The position numbers were made by a program, and so were the translations under genes. From assembly GCF_006345805.1 (NCBI RefSeq), contig NC_043001.1, positions 21,018,001 through 21,082,000 on the forward strand: DNA of 64,000 bases, given 5' to 3'. Of the stretch, positions 39,206-52,914 are shown one piece after another. Position 1 is the first letter of the stretch. Each line of letters opens with the position of its first letter. The stretch is from Octopus sinensis. Its lineage: Eukaryota. The notes under the pieces were generated by a model. It searched no databases. It was given only the letters and a program-made list of their open reading frames with translations, and was not told the DNA's origin.

Positions 39206-41289
39206 GTTTAGACAAATAGCATAGGATGAAGGTTCAATGTGTAGACAGACACACACACATTAGATTTGAACGACTGTAAATTTAATTAGCTTATATTTTA
39301 ATAGAGTCCATTTGAAACAAAATATGAATTAAAGGCATTCTTGATCAACATAACGTTTGGATGAAGCTAATATAGAATATTAATAAAAGTTCTATATTTT
39401 GACTATCACAAGAGCAGCATATAGGTGGAAGTGGTTAGTCAATTGATTCTATTCTTGGATTTATACGGATTACAATTTTATCAACTCTAGAGACATGCAA
39501 GGAAAAGTTAATTCCAGTTAGATTTGAACAAAGAACATCAGAGAGGCACAGAACATAATACCATAATGCCTACAGCACTATCGACTGCACTCACTCCACT
39601 GCCCTATTAATACACTTTCAGAACATTACTGAAAGAAGTGTCATAAGATATGACTGTTGAAGGATAAGAACAACTGGAATAAAGAGTTATCAGTAAGTAT
39701 ACAAAGCAGCAGCAGCAGCAGTTTTGCTTTGAATGAAATAATTCTGAGATGATGTGAACTGCTTGAGCGTTCTTTATTACAAAAAGATTTGCTCCAACAG
39801 GTTCAGCCATATTGTTGAACTGTAAAAATATATTACGAATCTTAATCTGTCTTCTCAACCACAAATGAAATAATGTGTCATCATCATCATCATTCCAACA
39901 TCAACCTTTCCATGCTTGCATGGGTCAGATGAAATTTGTTGGGGCACATTGTGTGTGTGTCAGAGAGATCATCATCATCATCATCACCACCACCACCACC
40001 ACCACCACCACTACCACCATCATCATAGGCTGGCATATCTTGAATGGTTTGGCTGGATCCAACAAACTAGAGGACTGCGGCATACTCTTGTGTCTCAGTT
40101 TTAGTATGATTTCTATGACTGGCATCCCTTCTTAATGCCAACAACTTTACAGAGTGTACTGGGTGCACTGCTTGTGGCACCAGCATTAGTGAGGTTGCCT
40201 TGCAACTAACTGTATCCCCAAGTTTCCGGGATTCCAGGACCAATCCCACCATATGGTATCTTGGGCAAATATCATTTTTTATAGCTTCAGGTCAATCCAT
40301 AGCATGTGGATGAAATAAAATAGATGGAAACTGTACAGATAGCGCTCAGATGGATTGTACAAGCAATAGCAAAGTGCAGCCTTGTCACACTGTGGCATAC
40401 TGATTCCACCCAAGAATTACATTAATGGTACACATGTCTATGGAATACTCAGCCATTTGCAAGAAATTTCCTTTTAAATTGCCTCATCACATTTTTTAAT
40501 GCTTGATGTTAAATAAAGACTTGCTTCTTTAATGCTTTTATAAAACCTTTTATCATATATTTTATTATTATTTCTTTAAAAAATATGCTGTAATCATTGT
40601 CCATATGGCAAATTGTCTTACTGGGAATTTTCCTATATGGCAAAATTTCTAATGACAAATTTTCAGGTCACACATTTATACATTAATTCAGGAAGAAGTA
40701 AATCAGTTGACCAAAGAACTGAATTCTCATTGTCAAGCTACAGAAACAGATCAACAATTTTTTTTTCTTTTAGATCCCGTTTTGGAGCATTGAGAAAATT
40801 AAAATTAAGTCTGTTTAAGAAAATGCTCAAATTTAAATGTAGCTATAAATAGTAGTTCATAATTTATGAGGTAAAAACCAGTTACACAGAAAAAAAAAAA
40901 ATGGACAAAAATCACCAAGATTTAATGTGTATACATGTCTACCTTTCATAACATAATCTGCAGGTCATTGCAGGATAAAGTAAGTGTTGGCCACATCATC
41001 ATCATCATCGTTTAACGTCTGTTTTCTGTGCTAGCACGGGTTGGACAGTTCAACCGGGGTCTGGGAAGTCAGGGGCTGCACCAGGCTCCAGTCTGATCAG
41101 GCAGTGTTTCCACAGCTGGATGCCCTTTCTAACACCAACTACTCTGCAAGTGTAGTGGGTGCTTTTTACGTGCCACCGGCACAGGTGCCAGGGGAGTCTG
41201 GCATCATCAATATAATTGAGGTCTATGATTTTGTTCTGGAGAAATTCACCTATGCAGACATGGAAAAGTGGACGATAAAATGATGATGA

Positions 41290-41560
41290 CCATCATGTAG
41301 ATCAATAGGATGGGAGATAAAATGCATCCCTGACATACACTGCTACATATTTCAAAGAAATCACTCTTCTCATTGAAAAACCTGATCTTGGTGTGCATAC
41401 GGAATTGGAAAACTGCTGTGAAGTCAATGAAAGTACTTGTCAGATGCTTGTAGGCATATCTTTGCTCAAAGAGTCATCAGTGCATAAAATGCTAGCATGT
41501 GCATACTTTACCCAGGCAGAATACACACTGGGTTGGTCTGGTGCAGCGATGACATACCAT
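41290..41560 (-). mobile_element. Decayed non-LTR reverse-transcriptase fragment (RTE-like)
   Basis: Minus strand gives ...TFIDFTAVF... and ...VCQGCILSPIL..., matching the RT motifs FIDFxKAFD and GVRQGCxLSP. Stops and frameshifts present. Confidence 0.7.
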
Positions 41561-41633
41561 TTTGAAACAAACAATTAGGAAGAATCACTGTGAAAATGTT
41601 GATAGCAATGTCAATCAGATTGATCCTCTAGAG

Positions 41634-42197
41634 CAGTGTTTCGCAACTGGGATCCATATGGCCCCTGAGAGTTCACATCAGGTTTTGGGGGTCCATACAA
41701 CAAAACAGTAAATTGGGGATCTACAATAGTGTTTTAAGGGCCCCTGAAAAAATTTTGCTTTACACATAGGTATTGGTATGCATTGCAAGAAACAGCTTGA
41801 TTTCTTTCTCTAATATTTTACATAGTTCAACCTACACAAATTAATGTGAAAACATTAATAAATAACAGTCTATAAAGCTAGTTTTTAAACATCAAATGGC
41901 TACAGGGTCCACCATAATAAAATACCAATTAACCCTTTCATTACCAACCCAGCTGAAACCAGCTCTGGCTCTGTACTACAAATGTCTTGTTTTCAAAAAT
42001 TCTAAATTAAAATCTTCCACCAAACTTTAGTCGCAATTAATGTTCCTAACACTAGCTTAATAATAATTAAATTATTTTACTAAATTCTTTGTTATATTTG
42101 AAGAAATTGAAAGAAACACAGAGCATCTCAAAATAAGTATGGTAACAAAAGGGTTAAAGAGGGTCCATAGATAAAAAAAAATGGTTGAGAATTCCTG
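41634..42197. mobile_element. Charlie-like hAT MITE with a nested family D MITE (41933-42153)
   Basis: CAG...CTG ends; TSD ctctagag / ttctagag (NTCTAGAN type). The nested MITE is flanked by TTAA at 41929-41932 and 42154-42157. Confidence 0.88.
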
Positions 42198-43213
42198 TTC
42201 TAGAGTTACTACAATTCATATAATTGCCTTTTTTGATAATGTGACAACATGCTTCTCATTTTGTGTAAACATTTCAGGCTATCGGACTTTCTGGATGATT
42301 TTGTGCCATCAATTTGTGAGAGGGTCAGAGCAAGGCTTGAAGAGTTCAGCTAGGAGACAGTTTTCTGCTGAAGCAATATGCATACACATGTGTGTATGTG
42401 ACAAATTATAATCATGATACATGAATAACACATTATATACATGGTTATCTATAACATATATAATGTAGATATATAAGATATTCACACTCATACATAAACA
42501 TACACTTATATATGCATTGTGCGTATATGTTTATACATACACACACGCATATATGGGGACAAACACACATGTATAAGTGTGTGTATGTGTATCTATGAAG
42601 ATAGATAGATACATAGATAGATATACATATTGCATATATTACACACACCAAACATGCGCACACACACATATACATAAATTAATAAACATGCATTAATATG
42701 AATTAGTATATGAGCAGAAATTTCAGTGAAATTTAACTCTTTCAGTGAAATGTTTTAATTGAATGACCTAAATCCCTACTGCTGACTATTTCCAATTAGT
42801 TTTTCATTAAAAGAAAACAGTTTTGTTCACAAGATGTCTTCTATGACTGACAAAATACTACTCTGTCTATGCATGTACACCTTCAGTAGCCAGATGTTAT
42901 AAATTAGGACTGACATGAACAGTGAATGGTAAGTAGAAGCGAAATGAGGAACAGTAACTTTCATGAAACAGATATTATTAAGATGCCAGCAATCTTTTAT
43001 GCTATTAAGAAGCTTTTTTTTTAGCCAACCACTGGCTGACAACTGTTTTGGGGTGTTTTTTGAAAAATATTTATTCATCTCTGTTAAGCTTCTTTCTGTC
43101 TATAAAATTAGGTACAGATAAAAATCATACACCCTTCTATTCTAACTTGTTTTCAGAATGAAATATACAGTAACAAACACATACACATTATACATATATA
43201 AACATATAATAAG

Positions 43214-43390
<177 letters not shown>

Positions 43391-44250
43391 ACAAATGGAG
43401 ATGCACACATATATGTATATACACACACACACAGATGTGGGTATGTATATGAGTATTGTTCTTTTAATGTTAATTTCTTCCATGTCAGCAAAGGCTGGAC
43501 AAGGGAGTATTGAGGCAGGATTTTATAACCAGATGCTCTTTCTGTCTTTGAAAGTACAGAGTGGCAGCTTTATAATGCCAACAAGGAAAATAACAAATCA
43601 CCATTTTTCTTGAGTGAAGCTATTATAGGAGTCAACATTTATGCACATTTATACACACACATACATGTATATATATATTTTTTTTTCCTCTGTCTTCACT
43701 TCTTTGGATTTTTCCTTTTCCTATGTTTCTGATAAAGAGCTTCGCTCAAAACATTAAACCCTCCTTCTTTCCTGAGCATCCAATAATACTATACTTGTTC
43801 CATGTCCTCGCATTGTTGTGTTTTCATGCTTGGATTAACTATATATATATATATATATATATAAACAAACTTCCTTCAATTTCCATCTATCAAATTCATT
43901 CAGAAGTCAAAATGGAGCTATAGTAGAAGATACTTGTCCAGTGATGTGCAATGGGATTGAACCTAGACCCACATGGTCGCAAAGTGAACATCTTAATCAC
44001 ACATACACACACATGTATGCATGCATATATATAGATATACTGTCTGTGGAAACAGGTCTGGTCACAGGGAAATATCACCTTACTTGGAAACAGGTAAAGG
44101 TTGGTGACAGGAAGGGCATCCAGCCATAGAAATTCTACCTCAGCAAATTACATCTGATCCAGGTGAGCATGGAAAAGTGGATGTCAAAATAATGATAATG
44201 AGGAAAATGATATACATGCACATGTATATGTTATATACACACTCACATGT

Positions 44251-45548
44251 ACAGCTAATGCCATCTTCCAAGTGAAACAAATGGAGAAGTATTTAGCCAA
44301 GAATAATCCACTTATACCTGGTACTTGTTGATCTAGAAAAGGCTTTTAACAGTGTTCTATGTTCAGTAATGTGGTGGTCTCTAAGGAAGCTAGTGGTAGA
44401 TGAATAGCCTGTGAGAATGCATAAGCTGATTGTACAGAAGTATAGTCAGCAAGGTGAGTCATCAATGAGTTTAGTAACAAATTTCATGTTAAGGTAGGAG
44501 TCTGTAAAATCCTTCCCTGTGTCCTCAGCCCCTATTTGTTCATTACAGTCCTCCAAGCTATAACAAAGTTGTTTAAAACTGGCTGTCTGTGAGAACTCCT
44601 ATATGCTGATGACCTAGTTATTATAGTTGCATCTGTTGTATATTTAGAGAAGAATTTCAGACGTGAAAGCAAAACCTAAGCTAAAACCAAGAGGCCTCAA
44701 AGTAAATTTAGTAAAGATTAAAGTATTAGTAAGTAGGAAAGAAGACAGGACTCTGCTACCATCAGGAAAATAACCATGCTCAATATAGAGAACTCCACAT
44801 GGTACACCCAGAGTAAGCAGTAGACATACAAGTGCTGTATTGGAATCAGTGACAGTCTACCAGAGAGGATAAGACTTTATATGTGACAGGCTCACAGTGC
44901 AATAAATACAAAGAGTATGCAAGAAACATATTCTCTCAAATGCCTGGGCAGCTCCCTAAAAATAGTTGGGAGAATGTGCTACCTAAATAAAATTAGTATC
45001 AGTAGGGAGCGGATGTTCTGAGAGCATAATAGCCCATCAAAGAATACTTTGGGAAAAGTTCAGGGATGCATTACCTCTTCTAGCAACAATGGGCTTCTCT
45101 CTCAGTGTAAAAAGCATTGCTTGATGTTTGTGTACAAAGTGCAATGCTGCATAGTATTTAGATGTGGGGCTTGATTGCAGAGAATTTGTGAAAACCAAAA
45201 GGAAACAAAGTGAACATGCTTTGCTGGATGTGTAACATCAGTGTGCATAGACTATGGAGTACAAATGAGATGAGAGGGAACTGGATATAAGATGAATCAG
45301 ATGAAGTGTACAAGGGAGAAGTCTGCATTGTTATGGGCATTTGATATGTATGGATGATGACAACTATATAAAGAAGTGCCAAGTGCACAAATTGAATAAG
45401 AGGAGGAGGAGTTGGGACTAAATGGTAAAGACAGATGTGAAAATATTTCATCTCGTGTAGCAGATGATGAAGGACCATGGCAACTGGCAACACTAGTGCT
45501 GGAGAGGCCTCAATCAATTATGCAAGCATGGCAAAATGTATGTTAAAA
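44251..45548 (+). mobile_element. Decayed RTE-clade LINE, 3' part (RT domain to 3' tail)
   Basis: Motifs AIF..KQMEKYLAK, VDLEKAFNSV, LSPYLF, LLYADDL (YADD at 44602-44613) and GLKVN..K.KV. Multiple stops. Tail tatgcaagcatggcaaaatgtatgttaaa is like the element B tail. Confidence 0.85.
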
Positions 45549-45571
45549 TAGAGGTAATGCTGGAGACTTGG

Positions 45572-45735
45572 ATCATCATCATCATCGTTTAACATCCGTT
45601 TTCCATGCTAGCATGGGTTGGACGGTTCGACTGGGGTCTAGGAAGCCAGGAGGCTGCACCAGGCTCCAGTCTGATCTAGCAGTGTTTCTACAGCTGGATG
45701 CCCTTCCTAACGCCAACCACTCCGTGAGTGTAGTA
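45572..45735 (-). mobile_element. Element B, 5'-truncated
   Basis: catcatcatcgtttaacatccgttttccatgctagcatgggttgg... Confidence 0.88.
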
Positions 45736-45758
45736 TATAATATATAGTTGGATATATA

Positions 45759-45808
<50 letters not shown>

Positions 45809-46292
45809 TTAGGCTTTTTGGTAAGTTTTCCTGCTTATCCCTCTTATCTATTCAATACCTTTTCATCTATCAGTTGCCCCTTTTGTATTCACTGCACCAT
45901 GCTGGTGCCACAATAAAATGTACTGTAAACTATAAAATGATCAACAAATGAACAAAGGCAACACAGGATCAAGAGGACCCTTTAATCTTGACTTGTGAAG
46001 GACAGGACAACCTCACCAGTGCTGATGCCACAATAAAATGCATCCAGTGAAGTGCCTGCTGTTAGGAAGGTCTATCAGCCATGGCACTTAGAAGTATTTA
46101 TATGAAACCTGTATTTTAGAACTTGCTGTAAAAATAGGCCTTGTGGGTAAACCAAAGTTTAACTTACATTTTTACTTCTTGCTTTCCTTCTTTTCTCTCT
46201 CTTTCATATATATGTGTGTATGTATGTATGTATGTATGTGTGAGTGTGTGTGTATGTATGTATGTATGTGTGTGTGTGTATGCATGTATATG

Positions 46293-46341
<49 letters not shown>

Positions 46342-47726
46342 AGGCACAGGCATGACTCTGCAGTAAGAAGTCTGCTCCACAACCACATGGTTTTGAGCAC
46401 AGTGCCACTGTGTGGCATCTTGATAAGAGTCTTCTGCTATAGCCACAGGCCAATTAAAAAGCCTTGTGAATAGATTTGCTAGATGGAAACTGAAAGAAAC
46501 CAGTCGTACACACACACACGCACACACACAAAGAGATATCTCTGATTCATGGAAATACTGCATCCCTGAAAATTTTGCTGTACTACAAAACCCATTTTCT
46601 ATTGACTTCCATGTTTCATAGAAATCAATATAAAGAAATGGTTTCATGCTACAGAATTTCACATTGTGGCAAGACTTACCAAAATGCAGTGCTTCTGTAA
46701 TATGGGAGGCAGGGTTGTTACGCATATACTATAATTAATAGTGTACTGTTCCATTGTTGATAAGATCAACTAAAGTACTTCATCCAACAAGAGATAAGTA
46801 TCACTTAATAATATGAAATAATATAATAATATTTAATAACATAAAATAACATAATTAATATACTTTGGTATATGCAGGTATTGAATGTGTATGTGTGTGT
46901 GCACATGTATTATAAATACATTATATATATATTATCATATATGTATGTGTGTTTCAACACCATCATTTTCATGCCCGTTAGTTCATGATGACATGGGTTT
47001 TACCCATAATTACAACTTGCATCAGCTCTGATCCAGGGTTACTGCTCACCCAAACAGCTAACCTGCAATGCAATTTGCAAAGCACATATCTTGCTGATAA
47101 ATTCTGTTTTTTTGGCATTGGCTTCTAAGGTTAGAAACCATCCTGTCTCTAACCATTTACACCACTGGGTATATTCTATTGGAGAAATTGCTTCATAATA
47201 CTTCATATATATATATAAGACTTATAATTTTGTGCTAAGTGTAAATTGACACCAGCTACATAATACACAAAAGTTTACAAATAGAAAATTGTGGCTGCGT
47301 TAAATTATATTCATACAATAGAAAAGTCGTCTAAGGGTGGGACATAATACACAGTTGACACCATTATGACTTATTAATTTACACCAAAATAACCAATCTG
47401 TTCACTAGAATTGTGTGGTAAAAGTATTTCATATTTTAACTATAGGCATTATATATATTCATAGAAATTGTGATAACTCTCAATTATATCATATACGGTA
47501 TGTTATTATTATTATTATTAATAATAATAATATTTGATAAAAACTCTCAGCTTATTTTACTGGGTATAATGGAAAGTGTCAGCTGCCCACAGCCAGCAGA
47601 TTAAGGTGACACTTGTTTACTGATCATGCCCTAAAAACCCTGTGGAGAACTTTTGCAGCTGTTCAATGATTTTTGTAGGTGTTCTAGTATTGCTATTATT
47701 GTTGTTATTATTATTATTATTATTAG

Positions 47727-47844
47727 TCGACTTTGCTTTTCATCCTTTAAGTACCAGTGAAACACTGGCGTCAATGTAATCAACTAGTTCTCTCCCCCAA
47801 AATTTCAAGCCTTGTGCCTATGGTAGAAAGGATTATTATTATTA

Positions 47845-47889
<45 letters not shown>

Positions 47890-48325
47890 CATCATTATCA
47901 TTATTATTATTATTAGATAGCAAGCTGCAAAAATCATTCACACTTTACATTCTGAGTTCAAATTCCAGCAAAGTCAACTTCATCTTTCAGCCTTTCAGGG
48001 TTCATAAAATAATTACCAGTTGAACACTGGGGTCGATGTAATCGGTTTACTCCCTGCCCCAAAATTGCTGGCCTTGTGCCAAAATTTGAAACATTGTTAT
48101 TATTGTTGTTGTTATTCCTGTTGTATAGGCAAAATACTTAGAGGCATTTCATCCGCCCTTACATTCTGGGTTCAAATTCCACGAAGGTTGACTTTGCCTT
48201 TCATTCTTTCAGGGTTGAAAAAAATAAGTACCAGTTGCAAACTGGGGGTCGATGTAAATGACTTATCCTTTCTCCAAACTTGCTAGCCTTGTGCGAAAAT
48301 TTGAAACCATTATTATTATTATAGA
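47727..48325 (+). mobile_element. Three head-to-tail SINE-C2 copies with (ATT)n tails
   Basis: SINE-C core followed by ccttgtgccaaaatttgaaac-like tail and (att)n, three times. Confidence 0.75.
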
Positions 48326-48430
48326 TTTTATAATGTCAGTTTCTTCATACACATGCACACATGTGCTATAATAGTGAAACTCTAATGCATTTTAACTACA
48401 CACATATAGAATGTATGTTTGTGTATGTTA

Positions 48431-48665
48431 AAGCGGCGAGCTGGCAGAAACGTTAGCACGCCGGGCGAAATGCGTAGCCATATTTCGTCTGCTGTTACAT
48501 TCTGAGTTCGAATTCCGCCGAGGTCGACTTTGCCTTTCATCCTTTCGGGGGTCAATTAAATAAGTACCAGTTATGCACTGGGGTCGACATAATCGACTTA
48601 ATCCATTTGTTTGTCCTTGTTTGTCCTCTCTGTGTTTAGCCTCTTGTGGGTAGTAAAGAAAAAGG
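48431..48665 (+). mobile_element. SINE-C
   Basis: Full-length; short tgtgtatgt flanks. Confidence 0.88.
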
Positions 48666-49588
48666 TGTGTGTATGTACACATACATACATGTTAATCAAT
48701 ACCTTGTGGAACAGGTACATGGAAATTGTAAGTAGTCTATAACAAATGCACACAAACATATACGTGTGTGTTCTTGTTTCTATATAATGACATTGCATGC
48801 TAAATGTAAACAGTGCCACTATCATACAAATGGTGTCATTCATTTGCAGTCTTTGTTGTGTCTGGCCTAGAAGAAAGAGGTGAGAGCTGGTGACAGGAAG
48901 AGCATGCAGCCATAGAAAATCTGTCTCGACAAATTTCATTTGATGCATGCAAGCATGGAAAAGCAGAAGTTAAAACGATTATGATATACAAATAAATTGT
49001 TAAATGAAAGTTAATATTTTAAAGCAAGGTTCAGAATAAAATGGAATATTTACAGACAGGGTAACTCAACAATGAGAATAGAGTCAAATTTATTACCAAG
49101 TTTAAGTTGAGTAGGACTTCAAGTTTCACCTAGTGGCTTATTCAACCAGTGATGAAGGCTATATTTTCAGGTATTTATACAGGTAAATCAGAGGAATGAT
49201 TAGGAATGCCTAATTAAAAGATGTGTAGGTAGTGTTTTATGTGTATTACAAAATTTGGAAGGTAAGGAAATTTCTTTTTATTGGTGGTAGCACTCTGATG
49301 GTGAAGGCACATGGCCTGCTGGTTAGGGTGTTGCACTCATGATCATAAGATTGTGGTTTTGATTCCCAGACCAAGCTGTGCATCATGTTCATGGGCAAAA
49401 TACTTCATTTGAGATTGCTCCAGTCCACTCAACTGTAAATGAGTTCCAATAAAAGCTGAGAAGTTAATCCTGCAATGGACTCATGTCCTGTTCAGATGCA
49501 GGTGGAGGGTGATCTCAGTTACTTTGTACAGCATGAAAACCAGATTAATCTCTGGCTTTCAGTGTCCTAGAACTTATGACAAACTAAA

Positions 49589-50033
49589 CCCTTTAGCATT
49601 TAACCCTTTCGTTACCATATTCATTTTGAGATGCTCTGCGTTTCTTTCAATTACTTTAAATATAACAAAGAATTTAGTAACATAACTTAGTTATCATTCA
49701 GCTAGTGTTGGGAACATTAATTGTGACTAAGGTTTGGTGGTATATTTTAATTCAAAACTTATGAAAACAAGACATTTGTAGTACAGAGCCAGAGCCGGTT
49801 TTGGCCAGGTTAGTATCAAAAGGGTTAAACTGGCTATATCCAGCCCAAATATTCTACTTGTTTTACATTCAAACTGGCCATTCCAAGCCTCTCACACCTA
49901 ACCTACACTAACATTCTAAAAATAAATAACCACATCATTGAAACTTCAAAGCTATAGAATAACGCAGGATTAATTTTAAACAATTTGAATAAAAAAGCAT
50001 TACGTTTGACAGAATAATCTGAATGCTAAAGGG
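49589..50033 (+). mobile_element. Family E MITE with a family D MITE (49604-49824, minus) nested at its internal TTAA
   Basis: TTAA at 49600-49603 and 49825-49828; outer right end GGG|TTAA at 50031-50037. Confidence 0.9.
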
Positions 50034-51749
50034 TTAAGCACACTGATGAAGAAGTTCAAAGCTTAAAAAAAAAACTTTAAGTATAAAAATCAAGAGGTAG
50101 GTAGAAGATATGGTTAGGAGGGAAAGGAAGAAAAAAATTAAGTGAATATAGAGGTCAGTATTTGGTCAAGTTTGAAAATTTACCTTAAAGTAAGTAATTT
50201 GGGCAGATGATAAGTTAAATGGGTTGTTTTATTCTAATAACTGATAAGGTTCCAATTGGAATTTGTAAGAGAAAAACTTTTATATTTCTGAATTAGTATA
50301 TGTACATGAGGGAATGTAAATTAATAGACATGTCACATACAAAGATGTAGGTAAAAATAATTTATAATTTTATTGTATCACAGGAGAATTATTATGCCAA
50401 TAATAAACACATGCACTGGTTCTAGTTCACTTCTTTTATCATCATCATTACTAGTAATAGTAAATTAGCCATTTAACTAATTAACTAATTGATCGTTCAG
50501 ACAATCAAACAATCAATTAGATTCATGGGAGTCCGTTCATCGCCATATGCAATCTCATCGATGGCATGTCATCTCTACTCCAAGTCTGTCTCCAACAACA
50601 AAATCTGTTTCAACACACAAGTTCATATCAAGAATTTTGCAAACCAAATACGAAAACAAAATACATTTACAATATTCTCCATAAGAACCATGTATATGTT
50701 AAGCGTCAGATCAGAACAATACATTAAAATATATAATAAGTAAAAGGAAAACTTTTAAGTAATAGTATAAATGTGACACGTTTTTGTTTGCATATAAAAC
50801 TATTAAATTACTAAATACCATAAAAAAACCCACTGAGATTGAGGTAAATTGCTAAAGGAATCATGTAAGTTGTAATAAAATATATTATACAAACTAACAA
50901 TAGAGTAATTTAAAAGAATACTTGAGCGAAATTTCAGATACAGGCTAATAGTAGAATAAAAAATCACCACCACCACACGCAAAGGGGAATTTTGATTTAA
51001 AGGAATCATTAAAAATTCATATAAAATCCTCTCCACTAAAAGCACAAGGCCAGAAATCTTTTAGGAGGGGGGGGGGGGCTAGTCGATCACACTGACCTCA
51101 GTGTGTCACTGGTACTTAATTTATCGACCCCAAAAGGACGAAAGGCAAAGTCGACCTTGGTGTAATTTGAACTCAGAATTTAAAGATGGGACAAAATGCC
51201 GCTAAGCATTTTGTCCAGTGCACTAATGGCTCTGGTAGCCTAAATACATACAGGTTAGACATGCTGATTTCCTCTGCAAAATCGGACTAACTGCAGCCCA
51301 TCTAAGAAATGAGCCCTACAAGGTGGTAACAAGTGTTGGTGGCCATTCTTTGCAGCAAAGCCTTTGCAATTATATCCACAAGGCACAGTTGAACACGCCA
51401 TTTGGTTTGGGGTCTACAACCCATTACTCTTGCTCCCAGCTTCTGCAGCTTAATACCCCTCGACTTTTTTTTCTTGTTTTTCTTTTGTTTCCATGGTGAA
51501 GTGATTTGACTGAATCTCACTGGATTTCTTTCCTCTTTTGTCAGGAAAGTTTATGGAATGTTCAATAAAGAAATGCATAAGCCATTGTTACCAAATGAAA
51601 ATGACTGCATTTCAAGTAAATGTTAATTCAGTTGGGTGCCATATAAAGTTAAATTATAAACCTTATTTGTTTTTGTACAAATACTTCTTCAGAAGGCATA
51701 AGACCAATTCTCAGATCAAACTGGATTACCTGTTCCGGATTTACTCACC

Positions 51750-51986
51750 TATTTCTTTACTACCCACAAGGGGCCAAACACAGAGGGAACAAACAAGGAC
51801 AGACAAACGGATTAAGTCGATTATATCGACCCCAGTGCGTAACTGGTACTTATTTAATCGACCCCGAAAGGATGAAAAGCAAAGTCGACCTCAGCAGAAT
51901 TTGAACTCAGAACGTAGCGACAGACGAAATACAGCTACGCATTTCGCCCAGCGTGCTAATGTTTCTGCCAGCTCACCGCCTTCTAT
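51750..51986 (-). mobile_element. SINE-C with 15-bp TSD
   Basis: ccggatttactcacc (51735) / ccagatttactcacc (51987). Confidence 0.9.
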
Positions 51987-52914
51987 CCAGATTTACTCAC
52001 CACTGAATAATGGAGACCCCCCACACACACACACACATATATCCTAACATGACGCTGCCTATTTCTCCACTGTAGCCCGACTCAGTTAAAGGGGATCTGA
52101 GACTTACAAGTTGCATGGCAACCTCACTGATACACCCTGTAAAGTGATAAGTATTAGGATACCCTTCCAAAAACTAGGAAGGACATCCAGTTGTAGATAC
52201 CATGCCAAAGCAGGCATTGGAGCATCATACAGTCCTCAGACCTGTCAGATCCTGTCAAAACATCCAACTTATGCTTGCATGGTTGATGATGTTGAGCATA
52301 TATATCATCATCCTTTAACATCCATGTTCTAAATGTGTGTGTGTGTGTTAGAATATAAATTCCATCTTCTGGAATTTTTAGAGCATTTTCAGAACTCAGC
52401 TTCACTTCCAGCTATTTGCAAATTTTCTCAGTGCACTTCCATTGTAATTTGAAGCACACATTTATGGAAATCTTGTTTGAATTCAATTCTCATTTTACAC
52501 AACAGAAAATTATAATTGCATTTCATTCTCTCATTTATTCTTCCATTATTTTTTAGTGCCTTTTCTTTTTTTATTTTTTCAGGCATTCCTGGTTTAAACA
52601 TCTAAAAATGCAAACTATGATTTCTGTCTGTCATTTCCATAATTAATTTTTTTCATTCTTTTTTCCCCCCCTCACTAGTTCTGTTTTTATGTTTTAATTT
52701 ACTGAAGAATTACAAACAATTATCTGGCTTATATTTCATGTCTATTTTTAATATCCGTTGCCTTTTAACAATTACATCTTTTACAGCTTTATCTTTTTAA
52801 ATCCAACAATACAAACATCTTCTTTGAGTCCAATACCTCCTTCATGACCATTCGTTGATTACACAATATACAACATTAAATGTATATAACATTGTACCTC
52901 GTTACTACATATTT

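Noticed and set aside
40692-40793. Plus-strand acceptor-plus-short-frame candidates (also 17259-17309, about 27381, 52583)
   Set aside because: No homology recognised and no coherent exon chain; such signals are expected by chance in AT-rich DNA.
46204-46725. 173-aa minus-strand ORF as a gene
   Set aside because: Its 3' two-thirds is SINE-A and microsatellite; only the embedded splice signals were kept, as a microexon candidate.
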